Positions 40,434 through 53,800 of a stretch of 64,000 nucleotides of DNA are shown here, one piece after another. This stretch comes from the human T2T-CHM13v2.0 reference genome, Homo sapiens. The stretch lies in the NCBI RefSeq assembly GCF_009914755.1, contig NC_060939.1, one strand, 5' to 3'. A program made the translations under genes and the position numbers. The first letter of the stretch is position 1, and each line of letters starts with the position of its first letter. The notes beneath the pieces are model-generated. The model had not been told where the DNA came from, did not search any database, and worked only from the letters and a program-made list of their open reading frames with translations.

Positions 40434-43400
40434 TTCCATTCCATTGCATTGCATTCCATTCCATTGGATTGCATTCCATTCGATTCCATTCCATTCGAAT
40501 CAATTACATTGCAACCCATTACATTCGAGTCTATTCTCTTCCGTTCCATTCGATTTCGTTCCAATCCATTCGATTCCATTCCATTCGATTCCATTCCATA
40601 CTATTGCATTCCATTCGATTACATTATATTCGAATAAGTTCCATTCAAGACCATTTCTTTTGAGTCCATTCTATTTGAGTCCATTCCCTTTGATTCCATA
40701 ACATTTGAGTCCATTCAATTCCATTCCTTTCGTTTGCATTCCATTTGATGCCATTCCATTCAATTCTGTTCTACTCGACTCCAATACATTCAATTCCATT
40801 CCATCCGATTCCATTACATTCTTTTCATTTCTTATCCATTTCAAGCCATTCCACTCCATTCCATTCCACTCGTTTCCTTTCCATTCGAGTCCATTCCTCT
40901 CCAGTCCATTCCGTTCAATCCATTCCATTCCAGTCCATTCCATTCGAGTCCGTTCCATTCCAGTCCATTCCATTCGAGTCAAATCCATCCCATTCGATGT
41001 CTTTCCATAACGATCCATTCCATTCTATTCCTTTCGATTCCATTCCATTCTATTTCATTCCATTCGATTCCCTTCCATTGGACTCCTTTCCATTCGAGTG
41101 CATTCCATTCCGTTCCATTTCTTTCCGTTCTGTACGATTCCTACCGTTCGATTTCATTTTGTTCCAGTCCATTCCTTTCGCGTCCATTCCATTCCATTTC
41201 ACTCCATTCGATTCCATTCCACTCGATTCCACTTCGTTCCATTTCATTGCATTCCATTCTATTCAACTCTATTGCCTTCCATTCCATTCCATTCGATTAC
41301 ATTCCATGCGATTCCATTCGAAATCGAATCAATTACATTGCAATCCATTACTATTGAGTCCGTTTTATTCCAGTCCACTGCATTCTGGTCCATTCCATTT
41401 GATTCCATTCCATTTTATTCCATTCCATACAGTTGCATTCCATTGGATTCCATGCTATATCTATAAATTCAATTCGAGACCATTGCTTTTGAGTCCATTC
41501 TATATGTTTCCATTCCATTCAAGTCCATTACATTTGGTTCAATTCCATTCCATTCCATTCCCCTCCATTCCATTCCAGTTGATATCAATCCATTCGATTC
41601 CATTCCATTCGAGCACATTCCATTCGAGTCCATTCCATTCGATGAAATTCCATTTGATTCTATTCCATTAGTCTCCATTCAATTCCATTAATCTCCATTC
41701 CATTCCATTCTACTCCAACTGATTCCATTCCATTCTATTCCTTTCCATTCCATTTCATTCCATTCCATTCCATTCGCTTCCATTCCATTCGTGTCCATTC
41801 CACTCCAGTCCATTCCATTTGTGTCCACTGCATTCCATTCCACTCCATTCCATATTATTCCATTACACTCCATTCCATTCTATTACTTTCATTTCCATTC
41901 AATTCCATTCCATTTGATTCCATTCCACTCGGTTTCATTCCATTTGAGTCCACTCCATTCCATTCCATTCCATTCCATTCCATTCAGTTCCATTCCATTC
42001 TGTTCCATTCCATTCCGTTCCATTGCATTCCATTCCATTCGGTACCATTCCATATTGTTCCATTCGATTCCATTCGAATCCATTCCATTCCAGTCCATTC
42101 CATTCGATTCCATTCCATTCCTTTCAATTCCATTCCATTCCATTCCATTCCACTTGATTCCACTCCATTCCCTTCCACTGCATTCCATTCGATTCCATTC
42201 CATTGCATTGCATTCCATTCCATTGGACTGCATTCCATTCGATTCCATTCCATTCGAATCAATTACATAGCAATCCATTACATTCGAGTCTATTCTATTC
42301 CGTTCCATTCGATTTCGTTCCAATCCATTCGATTCCATTCCATTCGATTCCATTCCATACTATTGCATTCCATTCGATTACATTATATTCGAATAAGTTC
42401 CATTCAAGACCATTTCTTTTGAGTCCATTCTATTTGAGTCCATTCCCTTTGATTCCATAACATTTGAGTCCATTCAATTCCATTCCTTTCGTTTCCATTC
42501 CATTTGATGCCATTCCATTCAATTCTGTTCTACTCGACTCCAATACATTCAATTCCATTCCATCCGATTCCATTACATTCTTTTCATTTCTTATCCATTT
42601 CAAGCCATTCCACTCCATTCCATTCCACTCGTTTCCTTTCCATTCGAGTCCATTCCTCTCCAGTCCATTCCGTTCAATCCATTCCATTCCAGTCCATTCC
42701 ATTCGAGTCCGTTCCATTCCAGTCCATTCCATTCGAGTCAATTCCATCCCATTCGATGTCTTTCCATAAGGATCCATTCCATTCTATTCCTTTCGATTCC
42801 ATTCCATTCTATTTCATTCCATTCGATTCCCTTCCATTGGACTCCTTTCCATTCGAGTGCATTCCATTCCGTTCCATTTCTTTCCGTTCTGTACGATTCC
42901 TACCGTTCGATTTCATTTTGTTCCAGTCCATTCCTTTCGCGTCCATTCCATTCCATTTCACTCCATTCGATTCCATTCCACTCGATTCCACTTCGTTCCA
43001 TTTCATTGCATTCCATTCTATTCAACTCTATTGCCTTCCATTCCATTCCATTCGATTACATTCCATGCGATTCCATTCGAAATCGAATCAATTACATTGC
43101 AATCCATTACTATTGAGTCCGTTTTATTCCAGTCCACTGCATTCTGGTCCATTCCATTTGATTCCATTCCATTCTATTCCATTCCATACAGTTGCATTCC
43201 ATTGGATTCCATGCTATATCTATAAATTCAATTCGAGACCATTGCTTTTGAGTCCATTCTATATGATTCCATTCCATTCAAGTCCATTACATTTGGTTCA
43301 ATTCCATTCCATTCCATTCCCTTCCATTCCATTCCAGTTGATATCAATCCATTCGATTCCATTCCATTCGAGCACATTCCATTCGAGTCCATTCCATTCG

Positions 43401-46400
43401 ATGCCATTCCATTTGATTCTATTCCATTAGTCTCCATTCAATTCCATTAATCTCCATTCCATTCCATTCTACTCCAACTGATTCCATTCCATTCTATTCT
43501 TTCCATTCCATTTCATTCCATTCCATTCCATTTCATTCCATTCCATTCCATTCGTGTCCATTCCACTCCAGTCCATTCCATTCGTGTCCATTCCATTCCA
43601 GTCCATTCCATTTGTGTCCACTGCATTCCATTCCACTCCATTCCATATTATTCCATTACACTCCATTCCATTCTATTACTTTCATTTCCATTCAATTCCA
43701 TTCCATTTGATTCCATTCCACTCGGTTTCATTCCATTTGAGTCCACTCCATTCCATTCCATTCCATTCCATTCAGTTCCATTCCATTCTGTTCCATTCCA
43801 TTCCGTTCCATTACATTCCATTCCATTCGGTACCATTCCATATTGTTCCATTCGATTCCATTCGAATCCATTCCATTCCAGTCCATTCCATTCGATTCCA
43901 TTCCATTCATTTCAATTCCATTCCATTCCATTCCATTACATTCCACTTGATTCCTCTCCATTCCCTTCCACTGCATTCCGTTCGATTCCATTCCATTGCA
44001 TTGCATTCCATTCCATTGGATTGCATTCCATTCGATTCCATTCCATTCGAATCAATTACATTGCAACCCATTACATTCGAGTCTATTCTCTTCCGTTCCA
44101 TTCGATTTCGTTCCAATCCATTCGATTCCATTCCATTCGATTCCATTCCATACTATTGCATTCCATTCGATTACATTATATTCGAATAAGTTCCATTCAA
44201 GACCATTTCTTTTGAGTCCATTCTATTTGAGTCCATTCCCTTTGATTCCATAACATTTGAGTCCATTCAATTCCATTCCTTTCGTTTGCATTCCATTTGA
44301 TGCCATTCCATTCAATTCTGTTCTACTCGACTCCAATACATTCAATTCCATTCCATCCGATTCCATTACATTCTTTTCATTTCTTATCCATTTCAAGCCA
44401 TTCCACTCCATTCCATTCCACTCGTTTCCTTTCCATTCGAGTCCATTCCTCTCCAGTCCATTCCGTTCAATCCATTCCATTCCAGTCCATTCCATTCGAG
44501 TCCGTTCCATTCCAGTCCATTCCATTCGAGTCAAATCCATCCCATTCGATGTCTTTCCATAACGATCCATTCCATTCTATTCCTTTCGATTCCATTCCAT
44601 TCTATTTCATTCCATTCGATTCCCTTCCATTGGACTCCTTTCCATTCGAGTGCATTCCATTCCGTTCCATTTCTTTCCGTTCTGTACGATTCCTACCGTT
44701 CGATTTCATTTTGTTCCAGTCCATTCCTTTCGCGTCCATTCCATTCCATTTCACTCCATTCGATTCCATTCCACTCGATTCCACTTCGTTCCATTTCATT
44801 GCATTCCATTCTATTCAACTCTATTGCCTTCCATTCCATTCCATTCGATTACATTCCATGCGATTCCATTCGAAATCGAATCAATTACATTGCAATCCAT
44901 TACTATTGAGTCCGTTTTATTCCAGTCCACTGCATTCTGGTCCATTCCATTTGATTCCATTCCATTTTATTCCATTCCATACAGTTGCATTCCTTTGGAT
45001 TCCATGCTATATCTATAAATTCAATTCGAGACCATTGCTTTTGAGTCCATTCTATATGTTTCCATTCCATTCAAGTCCATTACATTTGGTTCAATTCCAT
45101 TCCATTCCATTCCCCTCCATTCCATTCCAGTTGATATCAATCCATTCGATTCCATTCCATTCGAGCACATTCCATTCGAGTCCATTCCATTCGATGAAAT
45201 TCCATTTGATTCTATTCCATTAGTCTCCATTCAATTCCATTAATCTCCATTCCATTCCATTCTACTCCAACTGATTCCATTCCATTCTATTCCTTTCCAT
45301 TCCATTTCATTCCATTCCATTCCATTCGCTTCCATTCCATTCGTGTCCATTCCACTCCAGTCCATTCCATTTGTGTCCACTGCATTCCATTCCACTCCAT
45401 TCCATATTATTCCATTACACTCCATTCCATTCTATTACTTTCATTTCCATTCAATTCCATTCCATTTGATTCCATTCCACTCGGTTTCATTCCATTTGAG
45501 TCCACTCCATTCCATTCCATTCCATTCCATTCCATTCAGTTCCATTCCATTCTGTTCCATTCCATTCCGTTCCATTGCATTCCATTCCATTCGGTACCAT
45601 TCCATATTGTTCCATTCGATTCCATTCGAATCCATTCCATTCCAGTCCATTCCATTCGATTCCATTCCATTCCTTTCAATTCCATTCCATTCCATTCCAT
45701 TCCACTTGATTCCACTCCATTCCCTTCCACTGCATTCCATTCGATTCCATTCCATTGCATTGCATTCCATTCCATTGGACTGCATTCCATTCGATTCCAT
45801 TCCATTCGAATCAATTACATAGCAATCCATTACATTCGAGTCTATTCTATTCCGTTCCATTCGATTTCGTTCCAATCCATTCGATTCCATTCCATTCGAT
45901 TCCATTCCATACTATTGCATTCCATTCGATTACATTATATTCGAATAAGTTCCATTCAAGACCATTTCTTTTGAGTCCATTCTATTTGAGTCCATTCCCT
46001 TTGATTCCATAACATTTGAGTCCATTCAATTCCATTCCTTTCGTTTCCATTCCATTTGATGCCATTCCATTCAATTCTGTTCTACTCGACTCCAATACAT
46101 TCAATTCCATTCCATCCGATTCCATTACATTCTTTTCATTTCTTATCCATTTCAAGCCATTCCACTCCATTCCATTCCACTCGTTTCCTTTCCATTCGAG
46201 TCCATTCCTCTCCAGTCCATTCCGTTCAATCCATTCCATTCCAGTCCATTCCATTCGAGTCCGTTCCATTCCAGTCCATTCCATTCGAGTCAATTCCATC
46301 CCATTCGATGTCTTTCCATAACGATCCATTCTATTCTATTCCTTTCGATTCCATTCCATTCTATTTCATTCCATTCGATTCCCTTCCATTGGACTCCTTT

Positions 46401-47848
46401 CCATTCGAGTGCATTCCATTCCGTTCCATTTCTTTCCGTTCTGTACGATTCCTACCGTTCGATTTCATTTTGTTCCAGTCCATTCCTTTCGCGTCCATTC
46501 CATTCCATTTCACTCCATTCGATTCCATTCCACTCGATTCCACTTCGTTCCATTTCATTGCATTCCATTCTATTCAACTCTATTGCCTTCCATTCCATTC
46601 CATTCGATTACATTCCATGCGATTCCATTCGAAATCGAATCAATTACATTGCAAACCATTACTATTGAGTCCGTTTTATTCCAGTCCACTGCATTCTGGT
46701 CCATTCCATTTGATTCCATTCCATTCTATTCCATTCCATACAGTTGCATTCCATTGGATTCCATGCTATATCTATAAATTCAATTCGCGACCATTGCTTT
46801 TGAGTCCATTCTATATGATTCCATTCCATTCAAGTCCATTACATTTGGTTCAATTCCATTCCATTCCATTCCCTTTCATTCCATTCCATTTGATATCAAT
46901 CCATTCGATTCCATTCCATTCGAGCACATTCCATTCGAGTCCATTCCATTCGATGCCATTCCATTTGATTCTATTCCATTAGTCTCCATTCAATTCCATT
47001 AATCTCCATTCCATTCCATTCTACTCCAACTGATTCCATTCCATTCTATTCTTTCCATTCCATTTCATTCCATTCCATTCCATTTCATTCCATTCCATTC
47101 CATTCGTGTCCATTCCACTCCAGTCCATTCCATTCGTGTCCATTCCATTCCAGTCCATTCCATTTGTGTCCACTGCATTCCATTCCACTCCATTCCATAT
47201 TATTCCATTACACTCCATTCCATTCTATTACTTTCATTTCCATTCAATTCCATTCCATTTGATTCCATTCCACTCGGTTTCATTCCATTTGAGTCCACTC
47301 CATTCCATTCCATTCCATTCCATTCAGTTCCATTCCATTCTGTTCCATTCCATTCCGTTCCATTACATTCCATTCCATTCGGTACCATTCCATATTGTTC
47401 CATTCGATTCCATTCGAATCCATTCCATTCCAGTCCATTCCATTCGATTCCATTCCATTCATTTCAATTCCATTCCATTCCATTCCATTACATTCCACTT
47501 GATTCCTCTCCATTCCCTTCCACTGCATTCCGTTCGATTCCATTCCATTGCATTGCATTCCATTCCATTGGATTGCATTCCATTCGATTCCATTCCATTC
47601 GAATCAATTACATTGCAACCCATTACATTCGAGTCTATTCTCTTCCGTTCCATTCGATTTCGTTCCAATCCATTCGATTCCATTCCATTCGATTCCATTC
47701 CATACTATTGCATTCCATTCGATTACATTATATTCGAATAAGTTCCATTCAAGACCATTTCTTTTGAGTCCATTCTATTTGAGTCCATTCCCTTTGATTC
47801 CATAACATTTGAGTCCATTCAATTCCATTCCTTTCGTTTGCATTCCAT
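31853..47848 (+). repeat. Run of nine monomers in 3552-bp dimer register
   Basis: Spacing is 1793,1759,1793,1754,1793,1759,1793,1759,1793, with the same alternating marker sets as 12159-22814. Confidence 0.88.
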
Positions 47849-50800
47849 TTGATGCCATTCCATTCAATTCTGTTCTACTCGACTCCAATACATTCAATTC
47901 CATTCCAACCGATTCCATTACATTCTTTTCATTTCTTATCCATTTCAAGCCATTCCACTCCATTCCATTCCACTCGTTTCCTTTCCATTCGAGTCCATTC
48001 CTCTCCAGTCCATTCCGTTCAATCCATTCCATTCCAGTCCATTCCATTCGAGTCCGTTCCATTCCAGTCCATTCCATTCGAGTCAACTCCATCCCATTCG
48101 ATGTCTTTCCATAACGATCCATTCCATTCTATTCCTTTCGATTCCATTCCATTCTATTTCATTCCATTCGATTCCCTTCCATTGGACTCCTTTCCATTCG
48201 AGTGCATTCCATTCCGTTCCATTTCTTTCCGTTCTGTACGATTCCTACCGTTCGATTTCATTTTGTTCCAGTCCATTCCTTTCGCGTCCATTCCATTCCA
48301 TTTCACTCCATTCGATTCCATTCCACTCGATTCCACTTCGTTCCATTTCATTGCATACCATTCTATTCAACTCTATTGCCTTCCATTCCATTCCATTCGA
48401 TTACATTCCATGCGATTCCATTCGAAATCGAATCAATTACATTGCAATCCATTACTATTGAGTCCGTTTTATTCCAGTCCACTGCATTCTGGTCCATTCC
48501 ATTTGATTCCATTCCATTCTATTCCATTCCATACAGTTGCATTCCATTGGATTCCATGCTATATCTATAAATTCAATTCGAGACCATTGCTTTTGAGTCC
48601 ATTCTATATGATTCCATTCCATTCAAGTCCATTACATTTGGTTCAATTCCATTCCATTCCATTCCCTTCCATTCCATTCCAGTTGATATCCATCCATTCG
48701 ATTCCATTCCATTCGAGCACATTCCATTCGAGTCCATTCCATTCGATGCCATTCCATTTGATTCTATTCCATTAGTCTCCATTCAATTCCATTAATCTCC
48801 ATTCCATTCCATTCTACTCCAACTGATTCCATTCCATTCTATTCCTTTCCATTCCATTTCATTCCATTCCATTCCATTTCATTCCATTCCATTCCATTCG
48901 TGTCCATTCCACTCCAGTCCATTCCATTCGTGTCCATTCCATTCCAGTCCATTCCATTTGTGTCCCCTGCATTCCATTACACTCCATTCCATATTATTCC
49001 ATTACACTCCATTCAATTCTATTACTTTCATTTCCATTCAATTCCATTCCATTTGATTCCATTCCACTCGGTTTCATTCCATTTGAGTCCACTCCATTCC
49101 ATTCCATTCCATTCCATTCAGTTCCATTCCATTCTGTTCCATTCCATTCCGTTCCATTACATTCCATTCCATTCGGTACCATTCCATATTGTTCCATTCG
49201 ATTCCATTCGAATCCATTCCATTCCAGTCCATTCCATTCGATTCCATTCCATTCATTTCAATTCCATTCCATTCCATTCCATTACATTCCACTTGATTCC
49301 TCTCCATTCCCTTCCACTGCATTCCGTTCGATTCCATTCCATTGCATTGCATTCCATTCCATTGGATTGCATTCCATTCGATTCCATTCCATTCGAATCA
49401 ATTACATAGCAATCCATTACATTCGAGTCTATTCTATTCCGTTCCATTCGATTTCGTTCCAATCCATTCGATTCCATTCCATTCGATTCCATTCCATACT
49501 ATTGCATTCCATTCGATTACATTATATTCGAATAAGTTCCATTCAAGACCATTTCTTTTGATTCCATTCTATTTGAGTCCATTCCCTTTGATTCCATAAC
49601 ATTTGAGTCCATTCAATTCCATTCCTTTCGTTTCCATTCCATTTGATGCCATTCCATTCAATTCTGTTCTACTCGACTCCAATACATTCAATTCCATTCC
49701 ATCCGATTCCATTACATTCTTTTCATTTCTTATCCATTTCAAGCCATTCCACTCCATTCCATTCCACTCGTTTCCTTTCGATTCGAGTCCATTCCTCTCC
49801 AGTCCATTCCGTTCAATCCATTCCATTCCAGTCCATTCCATTCGAGTCCGTTCCATTCCAGTCCATTCCATTCGAGTCAATTCCATCCCATTCGATGTCT
49901 TTCCATAACGATCCATTCCATTCTATTCCTTTCGATTCCATTCCATTCTATTTCATTCCATTCGATTCCCTTCCATTGGACTCCTTTCCATTCGAGTGCA
50001 TTCCATTCCGTTCCATTTCTTTCCGTTCTGTACGATTCCTACCGTTCGATTTCATTTTGTTCCAGTCCATTCCTTTCGCGTCCATTCCATTCCATTTCAC
50101 TCCATTCGATTCCATTCCACTCGATTCCACTTCGTTCCATTTCATTGCATTCCATTCTATTCAACTCTATTGCCTTCCATTCCATTCCATTCGATTACAT
50201 TCCATGCGATTCCATTCGAAATCGAATCAATTACATTGCAATCCATTACTATTGAGTCCGTTTTATTCCAGTCCACTGCATTCTGGTCCATTCCATTTGA
50301 TTCCATTCCATTCTATTCCATTCCATACAGTTGCATTCCATTGGATTCCATGCTATATCTATAAATTCAATTCGAGACCATTGCTTTTGAGTCCATTCTA
50401 TATGATTCCATTCCATTCAAGTCCATTACATTTGGTTCAATTCCATTCCATTCCATTCCCTTCCATTCCATTCCATTTGATATCAATCCATTCGATTCCA
50501 TTCCATTCGAGCACATTCCATTCGAGTCCATTCCATTCGATGCCATTCCATTTGATTCTATTCCATTAGTCTCCATTCAATTCCATTAATCTCCATTCCA
50601 TTCCATTCTACTCCAACTGATTCCATTCCATTCTATTCCTTTCCATTCCATTTCATTCCATTCCATTCCATTTCATTCCATTCCATTCCATTTCATTCCA
50701 TTCCATTCCATTCGTGTCCATTCCACTCCAGTCCATTCCATTCGTGTCCATTCCATTCCAGTCCATTCCATTTGTGTCCACTGCATTCCATTCCACTCCA

Positions 50801-53800
50801 TTCCATATTATTCCATTACACTCCATTCCATTCTATTACTTTCATTTCCATTCAATTCCATTCCATTTGATTCCATTCCACTCGGTTTCATTCCATTTGA
50901 GTCCACTCCATTCCATTCCATTCCATTCCATTCAGTTCCATTCCATTCTGTTCCATTCCATTCCGTTCCATTACATTCCATTCCATTCGGTACCATTCCA
51001 TATTGTTCCATTCGATTCCATTCGAATCCATTCCATTCCAGTCCATTCCATTCGATTCCATTCCATTCATTTCAATTCCATTCCATTCCATTCCATTACA
51101 TTCCACTTGATTCCTCTCCATTCCCTTCCACTGCATTCCGTTCGATTCCATTCCATTGCATTGCATTCCATTCCATTGGATTGCATTCCATTCGATTCCA
51201 TTCCATTCGAATCAATTACATAGCAATCCATTACATTCGAGTCTATTCTATTCCGTTCCATTCGATTTCGTTCCAATCCATTCGATTCCATTCCATTCGA
51301 TTCCATTCCATACTATTGCATTCCATTCGATTACATTATATTCGAATAAGTTCCATTCAAGACCATTTCTTTTGAGTCCATTCTATTTGAGTCCATTCCC
51401 TTTGATTCCATAACATTTGAGTCCATTCAATTCCATTCCTTTCGTTTGCATTCCATTTGATGCCATTCCATTCAATTCTGTTCTACTCGACTCCAATACA
51501 TTCAATTCCATTCCATCCGATTCCATTACATTCTTTTCATTTCTTATCCATTTCAAGCCATTCCACTCCATTCCATTCCACTCGTTTCCTTTCCATTCGA
51601 GTCCATTCCTCTCCAGTCCATTCCGTTCAATCCATTCCATTCCAGTCCATTCCATTCGAGTCCGTTCCATTCCAGTCCATTCCATGCGAGTCAATTCCAT
51701 CCCATTCGATGTCTTTCCATAACGATCCATTCCATTCTATTCCTTTCGATTCCATTCCATTCTATTTCATTCCATTCGATTCCCTTCCATTGGACTCCTT
51801 TCCATTCGAGTGCATTCCATTCCGTTCCATTTCTTTCCGTTCTGTACGATTCCTACCGTTCGATTTCATTTTGTTCCAGTCCATTCCTTTCGCGTCCATT
51901 CCATTCCATTTCACTCCATTCGATTCCATTCCACTCGATTCCACTTCGTTCCATTTCATTGCATTCCATTCTATTCAACTCTATTGCCTTCCATTCCATT
52001 CCATTCGATTACATTCCATGCGATTCCATTCGAAATCGAATCAATTACATTGCAATCCATTACTATTGAGTCCATTTTATTCCAGTCCACTGCATTCTGG
52101 TCCATTCCATTTGATTCCATTCCATTCTATTCCATTCCATACAGTTGCATTCCATTGGATTCCATTCTATATCTATAAATTCAATTGGAGACCATTGCTT
52201 TTGAGTCCATTCTATATGATTCCATTCCATTCAAGTCCATTACATTTGGTTCAATTCCATTCCATTCCATTCCCTTCCATTCCATTCCAGTTGATATCAA
52301 TCCATTCGATTCCATTCCATTCGAGCACATTCCATTCGAGTGCATTCCATTCGATGCCATTCCATTTGATTCTATTCCATTAGTCTCCATTCAATTCCAT
52401 TAATCTCCATTCCATTCCATTCTACTCCAACTGATTCCATTCCATTCTATTCCTTTCCATTCCATTTCATTCCATTCCATTCCATTTCATTCCATTCCAT
52501 TCCATTCGCTTCCATTCCATTCGTGTCCATTCCACTCCAGTCCATTCCATTCGTGTCCATTCCATTCCAGTCCATTCCATTTGTGTCCACTGCATTCCAT
52601 TCCACTCCATTCCATATTATTCCTTTACACTCCGTTCCATTCTATTACTTTCATTTCCATTCAATTCCATTCCATTTGATTCCATTCCACTCGGTTTCAT
52701 TCCATTTGAGTCCACTCCATTCCATTCCATTCCATTCCATTCAGTTCCATTCCATTCTGTTCCATTCCATTCCGTTCCATTGCATTCCATTCCATTCGGT
52801 ACCATTCCATATTGTTCCATTCGATTCCATTCGAATCCATTCCATTCCAGTCCATTCCATTCGATTCCATTCCATTCCTTTCAATTCCATTCCATTCCAT
52901 TCCATTCCACTTGATTCCACTCCATTCCCTTCCACTGCATTCCATTCGATTCCATTCCATTGCATTGCATTCCATTCCATTGGACTGCATTCCATTCGAT
53001 TCCATTCCATTCGAATCAATTACATAGCAATCCATTACATTCGAGTCTATTCTATTCCGTTCCATTCGATTTCGTTCCTATCCATTCGATTCCATTCCAT
53101 TCGATTCCATTCCATACTATTGCATTCCATTCGATTACATTATATTCGAATAAGTTCCATTCAAGACCATTTCTTTTGAGTCCATTCTATTTGAGTCCAT
53201 TCCCTTTGATTCCATAACATTTGAGTCCATTCAATTCCATTCCTTTCGTTTGCATTCCATTTGATGCCATTCCATTCAATTCTGTTCTACTCGACTCCAA
53301 TACATTCAATTCCATTCCATCCGATTCCATTACATTCTTTTCATTTCTTATCCATTTCAAGCCATTCCACTCCATTCCATTCCACTCGTTTCCTTTCCAT
53401 TCGAGTCCATTCCTCTCCAGTCCATTCCGTTCAATCCATTCCATTCCAGTCCGTTCCATTCGAGTCCGTTCCATTCCAGTCCATTCCATTTGAGTCAATT
53501 CCATTCCATTCGATGTCTTTCCATAACGATCCATTCCATTCTATTCCTTTCGATTCCATTCCATTCTATTTCATTCCATTCGATTCCCTTCCATTGGACT
53601 CCTTTCCATTCGAGTGCATTCCATTCCGTTCCATTTCTTTCCGTTCTGTACGATTCCTACCGTTCGATTTCATTTTGTTCCAGTCCATTCCTTTCGCGTC
53701 CATTCCATTCCATTTCACTCCATTCGATTCCATTCCACTCGATTCCACTTCGTTCCATTTCATTGCATTCCATTCTATTCAACTCTATTGCCTTCCATTC

